Assembly (NCBI RefSeq): GCF_006345805.1
Contig: NC_043007.1
Coordinates: 61,008,001 to 61,072,000, forward strand
Origin: Octopus sinensis
Lineage: Eukaryota
Length of the DNA: 64,000 nt
Reading direction: 5' to 3'
The first letter of the stretch is position 1; each line of letters begins with the position of its first letter. The position numbers and the translations under genes were made by a program. Positions 1-14,150 of the stretch are shown one piece after another. The notes below the pieces were generated by a model that saw only the letters and a program-made list of their open reading frames with translations, did no database searches and was not told where the DNA came from.

Positions 1-721
1 AAATGAATATTTATTTGGACATGTTTTAAGTAGATCTCCACATCAGAAGAAATAAGGGCCTTGCCATAACTCTACTTCATCTCATGGCACTACAGCATAC
101 ATTATCATGGTCATGTGTATTGGATAAACCAGAAAAGAAAAACATTTAACAAACTTCAATTACTTTAATTACTAGAGGTAATTTTACCTCTTTGGTAACC
201 ATATTTTGTATTATGTATTTGATCTAATAATATGTAATTTGAAATGTGATTTCAGTTAACAATAACTGAATGTACACCTTTCAAAATAATTATGAACCTG
301 CATTTACATATAAACACATTAAAGCATTAATTATAAACATAAAATTTGCTTCATTTAGAATCACTGTCTACAATTACCCACACACATACACAGACACATG
401 TAATGAAAATTTGCATTTAAATGAGTTGCTTTATAGAATTTAAAAAATACACAGTTGAAGTTTTTTTGCACTTATACCAGTGTAAACAATCTTAAAACTG
501 ATGTATAAGCATAGGCACAGCTGTGTGGTAAGGAGTTTACTTCATAACCACATAGTTCTGAGTTCAGTCCCACTGCATGGCACCTCGGGCAATTTTGATT
601 TGGTAGACAGAAACTGAAAGAAGCTTGTATACATATATATCTGTGTGTGTGTATGTTCATGTCTGTGTTTGTCTTCCACCGCCACTTGACAACCAGTGTT
701 GGTGTGTTTATGCTGCTGCAA

Positions 722-1012
722 CACACTTTGAAAGATCAGTTACAGAGACTGCAGCTTGCCAAATTGAATGGATGCTAGTAAATCAGTATAGAATTCAGCA
801 GCACACATCCTGTCACTGCTTGGTGTTCATTGCCAAGACACCAAATTCTCAATACTAAAGTCCACCTAGTTCAGAACAGATACATTGAAGTCCAAGTGAT
901 GAGTGATTCTAGGGTTTCAATACTGATTGACATTTCTCCTAGGGTAAAAGTTACTTGTAATAGATCAGCATCCATCCATAAACATAGATACTCCTACTTC
1001 CTAGATCCTTGA
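722..1012 (+). repeat. Interspersed repeat with an inverted partner at 2897-3475
   Basis: cactttg..gatca.ttacagag, gtccacct.gttcagaacagatacatt and cc.gggt.aaagttacttgtaatag.tcagcatcca recur in reverse complement. Confidence 0.8.
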
Positions 1013-1982
1013 AATTTCAAAGAAAGAGTTTCATCCTAGCGGTTTGGCAAAAGAGACTGATAGTACCCAGCTTTAAAAATTAATAAGTACTGGGGTCAAT
1101 TCATTTGACTTTAATGTTCTTCAACATGGTGCCCCAGCATGCCCACAGTCTGAGACTGAAACAAGTAAAAGATACTGTAACCTGAACTCTAGAATAATAC
1201 TGGTGCTTCATTTTGTATTTTATTTACGATGATTAAAGTTGAATTTGAATTACTAAAGAATATGTAAAAACATTGCATCAAAGAAGTATCACATTGTTGT
1301 ACCAATCACATCTTCTGCTCAGTTATCAAAAGTGTCATGTATCATGCACTCCACTAGACTAAGTTTGATCATGACTTCCAATAATGTTAGAATAATTTTA
1401 ACTCCTAAAAGGTAGCTGACCTACTGAAGTATTTAATCCTTTAACATTCCGATTACTCCGTCAAATGTAATGCTTTTTTATTCAAATTGTTTTGAATTAA
1501 TCATTCATTATCTTATAGCTTTGAGGTTTCAATGATGTGATTGTTTATTTTTAGAATGTCAGTGAGAGGCTAGTTATGGCCAGTGTGAAAGCAAAACATG
1601 TAGAATATTTGGGCTGGATATGGTCAGTTTGAATATTAAAAGGCTAAATGTATGGCAAAATAAGTGGTGTCTTCATCACTCAATTTTTTTGTTCTTAGTA
1701 TAGGTCAGTTGAATGACACAAAAACTCTGTGAACATACTTTTCTTATGCAACTATTTTCAGCATGGTTTCCTTTGTTTATAATCTCAGTTATTCAAACAT
1801 ATTACTCTTTGCTTGTCTCATTTAGATAAATGGGTGCCAATTCAATAATATGATTTTATAACATACATAATATTTGTAATTGCTAATGCTATAAATAGTA
1901 ATAAAAAATAATGTTAAAATCTAACAGAATGCGCATGCTCTTTAGTTCTATTGCTTATAATAATTCTAAATTCTCTTGATAG

Positions 1983-2094
1983 CGGGATCCAGTTCGTTTT
2001 AAGCCAAAACCGCTTGATAAAGATGCCAAAGTGATTCCAATTTCTCCAAATATGACTGTTGATGAGTTGGCTAAAGCATTAGAAAAAGACACAG
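1983..2094 (+). CDS. MTIF2: MTIF2 first in-window coding exon (RDPVRFKPK...[14 protein letters not shown])
   Basis: Acceptor TAG (an in-frame stop) precedes it; donor CAG|GCAAGT; peptide resembles the mtIF2 N-domain MTIEELARAMEKNT. Confidence 0.85.
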
Positions 2095-5000
2095 GCAAGT
2101 CAATTTTCATCTATTTTCTGTTTTATATTTATTTATATGTGAATGATTGGAACATCTTTCTTTTTACAATCTCTAATTAGCTGTTATAGTAGGGTGAAAC
2201 CTGTTGTCAATGTAGCAGACTGAGGCAAGCATAATTGGGTGCAGTTGCTTTGTCTAGTTTAGGTATGGTGATCTAGTTACCCCATTACCTGTCACATTAT
2301 AGGGTATGCTGTGATGTTTTTTACTTTATGATTCACTACCTTTATCTATACAACACACTGCATTTCAGTAGTCATTTTTCACTATGTAGACATAATCTGA
2401 AATTTGTAAATAGCTAAATCATTAGGGTACTGGCCTACTATCCAGAAGCTCAGCTCTTCATATCCAGTCATTGCCACTGCACTTTTGCTGGCTCAATTAA
2501 ACTAACAATAAATAGGTATCATATGGAGCATATGATACCTATGTATTACTATATGAAGTGGGGTAGTGGATCATTAAGTGCTAGGCTCAAGTTCTCTAGA
2601 AAGAAAATGGATAAAGCCACTCATATTTATAAGTAAGCAGTGTTGAAATAGAGTCCAAGCAAATCCATAAAGTTATTAATACTTCTGAGAATGGTATAAA
2701 GATCCTATTTCTTACAGTCCTTCTCTTAAAAATCTTAAGAATCATGCTTACCTGAAGAAGGCAATGAGAAACTAATCCAGTGTGTTCTCTACTAGAAATG
2801 CTCTGATATATGCAATGTCTGATTAGAAAATGTTGTCTTATAGACAAGCAAAATGTATACCTAGCTAGGATAAAATTCTTTTTTTCAAATCTCAAAGATC
2901 TAGGAAGTTAGAGTGTCTATGTTTATGGCATTAAGGAGATAGCCCTTCCTCTGGGTGGATGCTGACCTATTACAAGTAACTTTCACCCTGGGAGAAATAT
3001 CAATCAGTGTTGAAAGTAAAGAACCAGTCATCACTTGCACAGTTCTATTATTACTTACAGTAGTAAGGTGGTGAGCTGGCAGAATTGTTAGCACACTGGG
3101 TGAAATGCTTAGCAGCATTTCATCCATCTTTATGTTCTGAGTTCAAATTCCACCAAGGTTGACTTTGCCTTTTATCCTTATGGAGTTAATAAATTAAGTA
3201 CCAGTGAAACACTGGGGTCAATGTAATTAACTAGCCCCCTCCCACTAAATTTCAGGCCCTGTGCCTATAGTAGATATGATTATTACTTACAGCAGTGAAA
3301 TATATAACTGCAATGTATCTGTTCTGAACCAGGTGGACTTAACTGTTGTGAGTCAAGTGTCTTAGCTATAAACACCAAGCAGTAACAGCATTTGCACTGC
3401 TGTATTCTTCACTAATTCTTTGGCACGCATTCAACTTCTCAGGTTGCACTCTCTGTAATTGATCTCACAAAGTGCTTTTTCATCTCTGAGTTGATATAAA
3501 AATATTTTTGAAAACAAGCCCTTTCTCAGTCTAGCAATTTTCTAGCCCTTTAACCCTTTGGCAATCAGATTACTCTGTCAAATGTAATACTTATACAGTT
3601 ACATTGTTTTGAATTAATTATCCATTATCTTGTAGCTTCAAGATTTTGATGATGTGATCACTTATTGTTAAAGTAACATTGTAGGGTAGGTGTGAGAAGT
3701 AGAATCTGGTTGGTTTGAAAATAAAACAGGTGATATATTTGGGCTGAATATCGCCAGCTTAAATGCTAAAGGGTTAAAAATCAAATATTTCTTAAAAATG
3801 ACTTCTCAATTATGATGTCTGCTTTATTTGTTCTTCCCCAAGTAGACTTGAAACAATGGTATAACTATTTTGTGTTCATAATTATAGTTTCTATGTTATA
3901 TTTTTTATTAAAATTTAAACAGTGCAATTTGTACTTGTATTTTTATAATTTTTTTAAAAATAATTTTCACTGGGAAAAACATTTAATTTTAGAATTAATT
4001 AATCAATAAATGCTGTTGTGCTCCTGATTTGCAGATCATGTTTTTGAAGCATTAACATTTGTAAAAGATGGTGACAATTACGAATATGTTAACAGTGGTA
4101 AGTGTTTATTTTTTTTATTTATTGATATTTGAAAGGTAGCGATGTGGTTAATAAGTTTGGTTTCTAACCAAGTGGTTTTGGATTCAGTACCATTGCAGGG
4201 CAAATGACTTCTACTATAGCCCTGGTCTGACTGAAGCCTTGTGAGTGGATTTAGTAGACAGATTGTGTGCGTGTTTATGTCACCTTGTCTTAACATCACA
4301 TGATAGTTGTAAATGAGTGTCACTGTCACACAAGTGGTATCTTTTGTTTCCAATCTGCCATGAAAACATGTTTGAAAGCAAGTAAGGGTTGGTGTCAAGA
4401 AGAGTATCTTGTTACATAAAAATCTGCCTCGACAAATTGTCTGACCGATGGTAACATGGAACAGTAGGTATTAAAATGATAATGGTGGTGGTGGTTGTTT
4501 GTTTGTTTGATTGATTGAAAAGTATTCCAAAGTTTGCTTATTCAATTACTCATTCTTTTATTGTGATTTAATCAGTACATATATAGTGGTAGGAATATTT
4601 AGGATAATGATAGGTATAGACTGTTGACTAAATCCAATTTGAGCAAGATCTTTCAACACAGATTCTCATTTATGTCAATTGTTTCTAAAAGATAAACTTC
4701 TCTGTTTGAAAGGCCTATTGCTGTTTATCCTAGCTTTTAGCTCATTAAACAGTTAAAAATCTTTCTTTCAGATTGAAATGATACCCTTAGAGGCTTTTCT
4801 GAAGGAAAATTTTAAATCAGATTGTAAGCAAATTAAAATTGTCATCATAATATCCATTTTTCAATATGGCCAGATTTGGATTGGTTTTAAGTTGTGGTGT
4901 ATCACCTTTGTTTGCAATCCAAAACTCAACAACTTGAGGTTCAACTTTACTACTCCTTCTCATGTTTCTCTGGTCTTGTGCTATGTATACCTTTCATTTT

Positions 5001-8000
5001 CCATGCACAATATTCCTTCATCCAGCAAGTGTCCCATACCTACACAACTAATCTTTCTTGTACATATTTCTATACCTGTACAGCTGCCTTTCTTATGCAT
5101 ATCCCCTTATCCACATAGCTGCTACCTCTCCTGCACACATTTCCATACATAGATACCTGCTTTTGTTGCATAACGCTTCATACCTGTAGAACTGGTGTGT
5201 CTCTTGCACAGTTTCTCATATCAACACAGCTGATTTCTTTGAGGCAATAACACTTTGTCATCAATCACAAAAATGTTTTCCGTGGTATCTGTTGACACTT
5301 AGTAAGCACAGAACATTGATATGGTGACTGATATGAACTGTTAATCCCACTAGTGTGGTAGGGAAGGATTCTAGCAGCCCAGCTACCTTTTATTTTCAAC
5401 TTGGTTATTAAACTTGCCCAATTTTCTTTTATCCTTTTAAACTTTCTAAATCTAGGTTAATCCCCACAAAATCTAATTAAAGCAGTTACTGCTACTCCAC
5501 TGCCTATTCCTACTGTAAATCCCTTCTTGCCCTATTTCTTTCTGCAATGGTTAATCTGCAACATTTCAAACTGAACATTAACTGCTCAAAATCTATTCAG
5601 TTATTTTGGCCTCTCAGCCTAAGAGGACCTACAGGCAAGTATGGGTCCTGTACACCACACACATGCATGCATGCACACACACACACACACATTTACTTTT
5701 CAGTGATGAATGAAGGGTTCTTTCTGATATTCCACATTCTTTTCAAAGATTATGGCCAGCGTATCTGAAGACATTGGTTCTTTATGCATAATGTTTTCCC
5801 ACACTAGCATATGGCAATTAATATGTGAAGTGTTGTATTGAAATAACCATGTACATTGATAGTACTTCAGAGAGATGAAAGGCAAAGTTCTATCTGAACA
5901 CGATTTGAAGTTAACACATAAGGGGAGGGGAGTATGAAACTAAATGCTGTAAGGTATTTAGTTTGCAGTATATCTCTTGCTATTATACAATTACATCAAG
6001 ATTGCTTTTCATATATAAAAGATATATTGTAATTCAATAATGTCTATATATGATATAATAAAGAAACACTAGTTTATAGTGCTGTTGAACCCTTCCTGTA
6101 AATATATGCATGAGTAAATAATAAGCTACTGATTTGCCTGTTAGAAATGACATATAAATCTTCACCCAAAACTATCTTAAATAAAAGATATGTTGGACTA
6201 TAAAATTCCTAATATGTAAAAAAGTCAGGATCGTTATGGCTTGAATACCTTTGATGATAAGTCTACATGGTTAGAGTTAACCTGAAGCTAAACAAAAACA
6301 TTGTGCCACATACTTTGATATTTCACTTACAGGGGTTGGACAAAATAATGGAAACACTTAGCATCATAATTTTGAAATATCTATAAAACTGTCAAAAACT
6401 TGTTTATTTTTATGTTTTTTGATTTATTATTAGTGTTGCTTAATAAGTTTTGCTAAAATTGCTGTTTCTTTTCTGATATCATCAGAAATAGGTAATTAGA
6501 ATTCATTAAAATGATAGATCTATTGAACTTTCAAAGAGGTAAAATTGTTGGTACTCGTATGGCAGGCACTAGCATAATGAAAACAGCCGAAATGTTTGGT
6601 CTATCAAGAAGAAGTACTATCTCAAAAGTAATGACAACCTTTGAAAAAGAGGGAAAAACTGCCTCGTCGAAAAAAAAACTCTGGAAGAAAACCAAAACTT
6701 TCAGATAGGGACTGTCGGACTCTTATGTGAATTGTTAGAAAAGATCACAAAAGTACAGCTCCCAAAATTACTGCAGAGCTTGATGACCACCTCGAGAACC
6801 CAGTTTCCACAAAAACTGTTTGCCGGAAGCTGCACAAAGCCAGATTTTATGGAAGGGCTACAATCAGAAATCCACTACTTTCAAAATCAAACATTGTTCC
6901 CTAGAGCAGTAGAAAAATGTTATTTTCTCGGACAAGTCATCCTTTACCTTATTTCTGAACACTGGCCGAGTATACTTGTGGAAACAGCGAAAAGAAACAA
7001 TTGACCCAGACTGCCTTCTTCCAACTGTTAAACATGGAGGAAGATCTGTGATGATCTGGGGGGCTATATTTTGGAAATCTGCCAGCCCAATGGTTTCCCT
7101 TCATGGCGGAATTAATAGTCAAGACTACTTAAGCATTTTATCTGATCAAATTCATCCTATGGTTGTGGAACTGTTTCCAGAGGGAAACACAATCTTTCAG
7201 GATGATAATGCACCAATTCACACAGCTAAAGTTGTTACTGAATGGCACGAGGAACATTCTAGTGAAGTTGAACACTTATCTGGCCACCAAAGTCCCCAGA
7301 TCTCAATATCATTGAACATTTATGGTACATTTTAGAAAAAGAAATAAGGAGTCAATATCCTCCACCATCATCACTACAAGAACTGGAGACTGTTTTAGCT
7401 GAAGAATGGACAAAAATTCATTTGGAAACAATTCAAACTTTGTATGAGTCTATACCTTGTAAGATTCAAGCTGTAATTACAGCTTGAATTAATATGGGGT
7501 AGGACTGCCAAAGGTGGTCCTACCCCATATTAAAATAAACTTGTTTGAAATTTGAAGATGTTTCCATTATTTTGTTCAACCCCTGTATATCTGACTGCTG
7601 AATGAATGCTTTAAAGATGAAGAGTGAATTTTACAAAATAATGCATTTTTGCTTCAAAATATGAATCTTTCTCTCTTCCTCTTATGTATTTAAGTATTTA
7701 AAAGTCAGACTCATAAATTGAATGATAATTATATTTGACCTAGGTTTTTATAAATCTGCATACTATTTTGTTTGATTCAAGATATATCTACTTAAATGAA
7801 GAGAAATAATTTGAATTTTATTTTCCTTCTTTATCTTATCAAAGTAATTGATGATATTGAAGTAATAAAAGGTGTTGTTAAAAAGTCTGGAATGAAATGG
7901 ACGCCAGCACCAAAACGGATTACAAAGGAGAAAGAAAGTAAAGACTTTGTGAGACAGTGAGTATTTCATTTCTGTTTTGACTCATAAATCTGTTTTTGCT

Positions 8001-11000
8001 TATTAGAAGTTCCTGGATTATCTTTAGTTTTCTTATTTGTCTCTTTATTTCTTATTAATTGAATTGTCACTAACCTTATTCTTTTAATGATAATGAGAGC
8101 TTTTTCAAGATTCATTGGTAGAATTGTAATTTTTCTGATTGTTCATCTAAAGTTGACTCAATCAATTATACTTGTACTCTACAAGAATTAGCTTTGTGAC
8201 AGGTTGAGGGGAATTATTAAATTGTAAACAACTAATGAAATATTTGTCTTATTAATAAATGTTTCATTAGTAGATAGCTTAATAATTTACGTGAAAGCAC
8301 TATTGATGGTATCATGTAAAAAGCACTCAGTACACTCTGTAAAGCGGTTGGCATTAGAAAGGGCATCCAACTGTAGAAATCAAGCCAAAAGCTGTCCAAC
8401 CCATGCCAGCATGGAAAACGCATGTTAAATGATGGTGATGAATAAGTGTTGGCATGGTTGTAGAGTTAAAAAGTTTGCTTCCCAATCATATGATTTTGGG
8501 TTCAGATCCACTGTGTGGCACCCTGTGCAAGTGTTTTCTACAATGGCCACAGGCCAACCAAAACCTTGTTAATGGATTTGGTAGACAGAAACTGAAAGAA
8601 GCCTTCATCATTTAATGTCTGTTTTCCATGCTGGGGAGCTAGAGAACTACACCAAGTTCCTATGTCTGTTTTGGCATGGTTTCTGTGACTTGATGACTTG
8701 ATCTCTGTCAAGAAGAGCAGAAAGCATCGGGAGGAATCGCGTTGGACAAAGCATATCTCTAAAATTGTCAAGAAGGCCGAGGGTGTCTTGGCATCACTCA
8801 GCAAGACTTTTGTTAGCCGCTCTCCAGCCATCTATTTAAAACTGTATACAGCTATGGTACGACCACACTTGGAATTCGCATCATCAGTTTGGAATCCCTA
8901 TCTTGCTCAGAACATTGACCTCCTGGAATCTGTCCAGAGACGTGCAACCAAACGCATACCCTCCATCAGACACCTACCATATTCTGAGCGCCTTGTTTCC
9001 CTGGGCATGGATTCACTGAAGCTCCGGCGTCTGGCGACGGACTTGGTAAACACCCACAAGGTTATCAACCACCTCACCAACAACAACACTGAACACCTTT
9101 TTGATCTCCATGTGTCTAACACACGTGGACATGCCTACAAAGTCAGAAAACAACACAGCTCCCATGACTTTCGGAAACATTTTTTCACGCTCAGAGTTGC
9201 TGAAGCATGGAATAAACTGCCTGCGTCAGTTGTTGACTGCCATGACACTGCATCCTTTAAGGCCCTCATGCTTTCCGAAATCCGCCGAAACTACACCTGA
9301 TTATATATACACTTTAGATGAGTTATAGTGCACCTGAGCACTGTACACAATTATTATTATTATTATTATTATTATTAAAAATAAAGAACCATTCAAGCAT
9401 TGAAGATAATCTTAAATTACCAACCCTTCACCTACTATTTGCGATTTTGTACCTAATGTCTTAAATCTTTATTGAACTGTTTTATCATATGCTATGTGAA
9501 ATAGTTGAACCTTTTTTATATATATTCTTTGTTTTTCATATTAGAGAACCACCATTGCCTGATTCCCTTATCAAACGTCCTCCTGTTGTTACAATTATGG
9601 GACATGTAGATCATGGAAAGACAACACTTTTAGATTCCCTACGGAAAACTAATGTAGTCTCAACAGAGTTTGGTGGCATCACTCAACATATTGGTGCTTT
9701 TTCAGGTCAGTTTTTATATAATTTGAAGTGGTAAGAGCATAAAGAGAAAATAATTAATGCAGTGAATAGAGGCAAAGAAATAATGCTGGAAAGCAGCAAA
9801 ATCAGATTTTAGACAAATGAAAATAGTTGCCTGTGTTAATTTTAGAATTAGATTTAATAAAATAATCCAATTCATAAGCTGCCAGGAGGTTGTCCTACAT
9901 ATAAAAGTTTAAAAATAGTAAAACAAATGTAAATGATGATGGAGACCATACTTCTGCCATTTTTGTTTGTTTCTCAACCATTTTTTGCCCATGGGCCCCT
10001 TTGACATTATTTTACTTTACTGGACCTCCATAGCCATTTGATGTATATTAAAAAAAATTCAACTGTATTTTCATAATTAAATATTAGGAATTATATAAAA
10101 AAAATAATATTTTGTGTATTGTAGAAGTATAAGCAATTTATTGCACATAAATTTTAACAACAAAATCTTAGGTGGACCCTGTTTGAGAATCACTGGTTTA
10201 GATATTAGTCATTTTCCTTAATATCTGAAAAAGGAAGAGATGCAAAATAAATTACATTGTTGTTGAATATTCCACCTTGGAAGTTGTCACTTTCTCTCAA
10301 ATTAGTTTTAATAAAATTAGAAATTTAGTAATTGTTGGGGAAATTGAAAAAAATTCTTGAGGTTTATTGAAATTTAAGAAATTTCAGTTTTGAATGAATT
10401 ATTAAAAATATTATAAGATTCTATCTAACTCTATGTGATTATAAGTATCCAGACACCCTGCAAAATGTGTGTTTATTATAGAGGGTGACACAGTAGATCA
10501 AAGAGGGCACAACAGTACTACCATTTACCATGCAAAATACATGGTCCATGATCTCAGTGGCTGGCAGACAGTGCTAGGCAGCAGAATGGAACGCTCTGCA
10601 GAACTAATAGTCTTTCAACGTGGTCAGTTGGCTGGGTGCCACTTGTCTAATAAGCCTATGAGTGAGATTTCCACCCTCCTGAACATCTCTAGGTCCATTG
10701 TTTCTTATGTAATAGTAAAGTGAAAATGTGAAGGGATGTATACAACCCAAATGCATTTGGGCCAACCTCCCATGTTAACTCCTAGAGACCATCAAGGGTT
10801 GAATAGGATCATACAACATAATTGTCTATTATCCATCACCATCATACAGGAATTCCAAACTACAGCAGTATCTACTTCAAGCACTGCAACTGTTCATCGC
10901 AAGGTGCAGAAAGTTGGTTTCCATGGAAGAGCGGCTACCCATAAGCCACACATCGCATAGACAAATGCCCAACACTGCCTCACATGGTATAAAGATCGTC

Positions 11001-14000
11001 AAAATTGAACTACAGAACAGTGGAAAACCATTCTATGGAGTGATGAATAATGGTGCACAATGTGGCAATCAGATGGTAGTGTGTGGGTGGGTAAATGCCT
11101 AGTGAATGATATGTACCAGCCTATATAATGCTGACTGAAATTTGTTAGTGGTGGGGTGATGGTATGGTCGTGTTTCTCCTGGAGGGGACTTGCCTCCCCC
11201 CCTGTTGCTTTTATGTGGCACTGTTATGGCACAAGCTTACAGTGACATTTTAACCACTTTCATGTTGCTTACTGTTGAAGACCAGTTCAGGGGTATGGCT
11301 GAGCACCTATCCGTACTGCAGGGGTTGTAGGGGAGTGGTTTGATGAAGACAACATCCCACTAATGGACTGGCCTTTGCAGAGTCCTGATTTAAATCCCAT
11401 CGAACATCTTTGGGTTGTTTTGGGACAGCTACTTTGTATTGGACCACACTGACCCACAACGATAGCCTTGCTCGTTTTGGCTTATTGCAAGGAATGGGCT
11501 GCCATTCTCCAGGAAACTTTCCCCTGCCAGATTGAAAGTATGCCTGCGAGAGTAGAGGCTGTCATCAAGGCAACATTATATTGACTGCCAGTGTTTCTGA
11601 TAGAGGGTGGCCCAAACTTGTGCTTCATTATCAAGTAGGTGTCCAGATACTTTTGATCACATAGTGTAAGTTTCCAGATAAAATTTTGCTACGTCTTCCT
11701 GCATCCAAACATGCTGGGCAAAGAGAAAATGTTAAATAAAGGTGAAGAAAAATAAATTATTAACTTTATGAATATTTCAAAATGTTCAAGCATTTCCACT
11801 AATTTTTTCACTGTTATTTTTGATTTTCAGTTAGTCTTCCTTCTAAGGAAAAGATTACATTCCTTGATACACCTGGACATGCTGCTTTTTTTGCAATGAG
11901 AGCCAGAGGTGCTTTGCTTACAGATATTGTAGTTCTTGTTGTTGCTGCAGATGATGGTGTAATGCAACAGACAATTGAATCAATAAAACATGCACAGAAT
12001 TTCAAAGGTATGTCTCCATTGATTTGAAACTTTTATATAAACCATGGAAATTTAAGTAATATCTCATGAACAATGGTGATGAAATTTTCTTATTGGGATA
12101 GAGAGCAAGATAAGGAAATAATTATTAAAAAATTAGCTATGCAGTTAACTAAGATACACAATCACTCATCAGTTTTTATTAATACTGTACAAAGTTCAGG
12201 TGGTATCCACAATGGAGTATTGTTTAACACATGACATGGTGCTACTGCTGCATGCAAAGCCATTCTAGACCAAATCCAGAAAAGAGCTACCTAACTGCCA
12301 TAAAGTTACTCGCAGACACTCCCCAATGTGCTGTCCCTCTTCTCTGCCTTTTCTACCATTATTGTGGTGTCTTTGTTCTTCAGAGTTGAAAGGACTCTTG
12401 CTCCCTCCACTTTGGCCTTTGCCTTCCCATTTGCTTCTCTTCTTTTCCTCACCTTTGACTTGTCCAATCCTCTAGACTCCACACTAATCTGTTTCTTTAT
12501 TACCCACAAGGGCTAAACACAGAGGGGATAAACAAGGACAGACAAACGGATTAAGTCGATTACATTAACCCCAGTGTGTAACTGGAACTTAATTTATCGA
12601 CCCCAAAAGGATGAAAGGCAAAGTCGACCTCGGCGGAATTTGAACTCACAACGTAACGGCAGATGAAATACGGCTACGCATTTCGCCCGGCGTGCTAACG
12701 GTTCTGCCAGCTCCACACTAATCACTACACCCATTCCTTCCTTCTCAGAATGTCACCCCACTGGATCAACACTTCTTCATGCAGCTGACCTCATCCATGC
12801 ATATCACATGACCAGAGCAATGCAATCTTCTCTCTTGCTCATTACAACTGATGCCTCTTATAGTCAGTTTCTCTCTCAAAACATTTACACTTTGTCATAC
12901 ATGTACACTAACATTCAGTAGAGCATGCTAGCTTCATTTCTTTCATGCCTTTGCATGTCCTCAGCATTTACAACCCATGTTTTGTTGCCATGTAGCATAA
13001 CTGTCCATATTCAGAATATGCCTGCTAGAAATAGCAGCCAAATTGTCTTCAAATCACACCTTATCTTGAAAAATAAAAAGGAACAAGACATTGTAATATG
13101 GAAATAGATTCTAGTTGATCTATGACTGTCATCTGTTATAGACTGCCATCCAATCTAAGAGAATGTTTATCTTTGTTCCCTTAATGCAACTGAATTCAGA
13201 GGACAACATTCATATTATGAGTTCCTGTGACTTGTGGAAACAATATACAATACAATGATGAGATATATTATGTCTGATGGCTGGCATGCTTTAATCATAG
13301 TTTTGCTTGACATGGGGATAAGCAACAAAAACTACTACCGCTGTTATTTGTCTATTATTCCTCACATGCAGGTCACGGTCATAGCCACCTTTTCCACTTT
13401 CTTAATATTGTGCCCAACCTACATCAATGTTTAGATGCTTCTGATTATTGTTGATGTCTGTTTAGTCTCTTTATTGTTGTTTTTTTCTTTTTTAATTTCA
13501 GTTCCTCTCATAATTGCCATTAACAAAACCGACAAGCCTGGTGTTGATATTGTAAGTATCTCTAATCTACCACCATTATTTTATTTAAAGATAGTGAGGT
13601 GGAAGATATAGTAAACCTTACTCTAATTGGTTACAGTCTTAGTGAATTCAATTTTTTTTCAGTAAAATAAGAACCAGTAATATATATGGTTGATTTGATT
13701 AACTATACTTCTACTTTGCATTAATTAGCATTATGCCTGGTTGAAAGAAATTATAAAAACTTTATGTCAGAAGTTGCTGTGTTCCCACTACAAGTGAATG
13801 GTGAGTGCAGCTTCTTTTGTAGGGCTGGTGTTACAAAAATGTACTCAGCACACTGTGTAAAGTGATTGACAAACGAGCAAAGGAAGCATAAAGTTGTGAG
13901 GTCCCTTTCAGTACTGTTTTGCCAAGGACTATTCAACTTCTCTAGTGTTGGTGCCACTAGAGAATGCACCAAGCACACTCTGTAAAGTAGGTGATGATAA

Positions 14001-14087
14001 GAAGGACATCCAGCTTTAGAAACCAAAATTAAATGACATGTACAGACACAGTCTTTAGAAGTAGTTGTTCCCAATAAAAAATTTGTA

Positions 14088-14150
<63 letters not shown>

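Noticed and set aside
2099-2104. Canonical GT donor for the first MTIF2 exon
   Set aside because: It gives phase 2, which is incompatible with the phase 1 next exon and with homology.
8698-9300. 200 aa ORF as a host gene
   Set aside because: The motifs and (ATT)n tail identify a CR1-type LINE C-terminus.
12306-12509. Lys/Arg-rich ORF on the minus strand
   Set aside because: It is the antisense reading of a pyrimidine-rich low-complexity flank running into a SINE.
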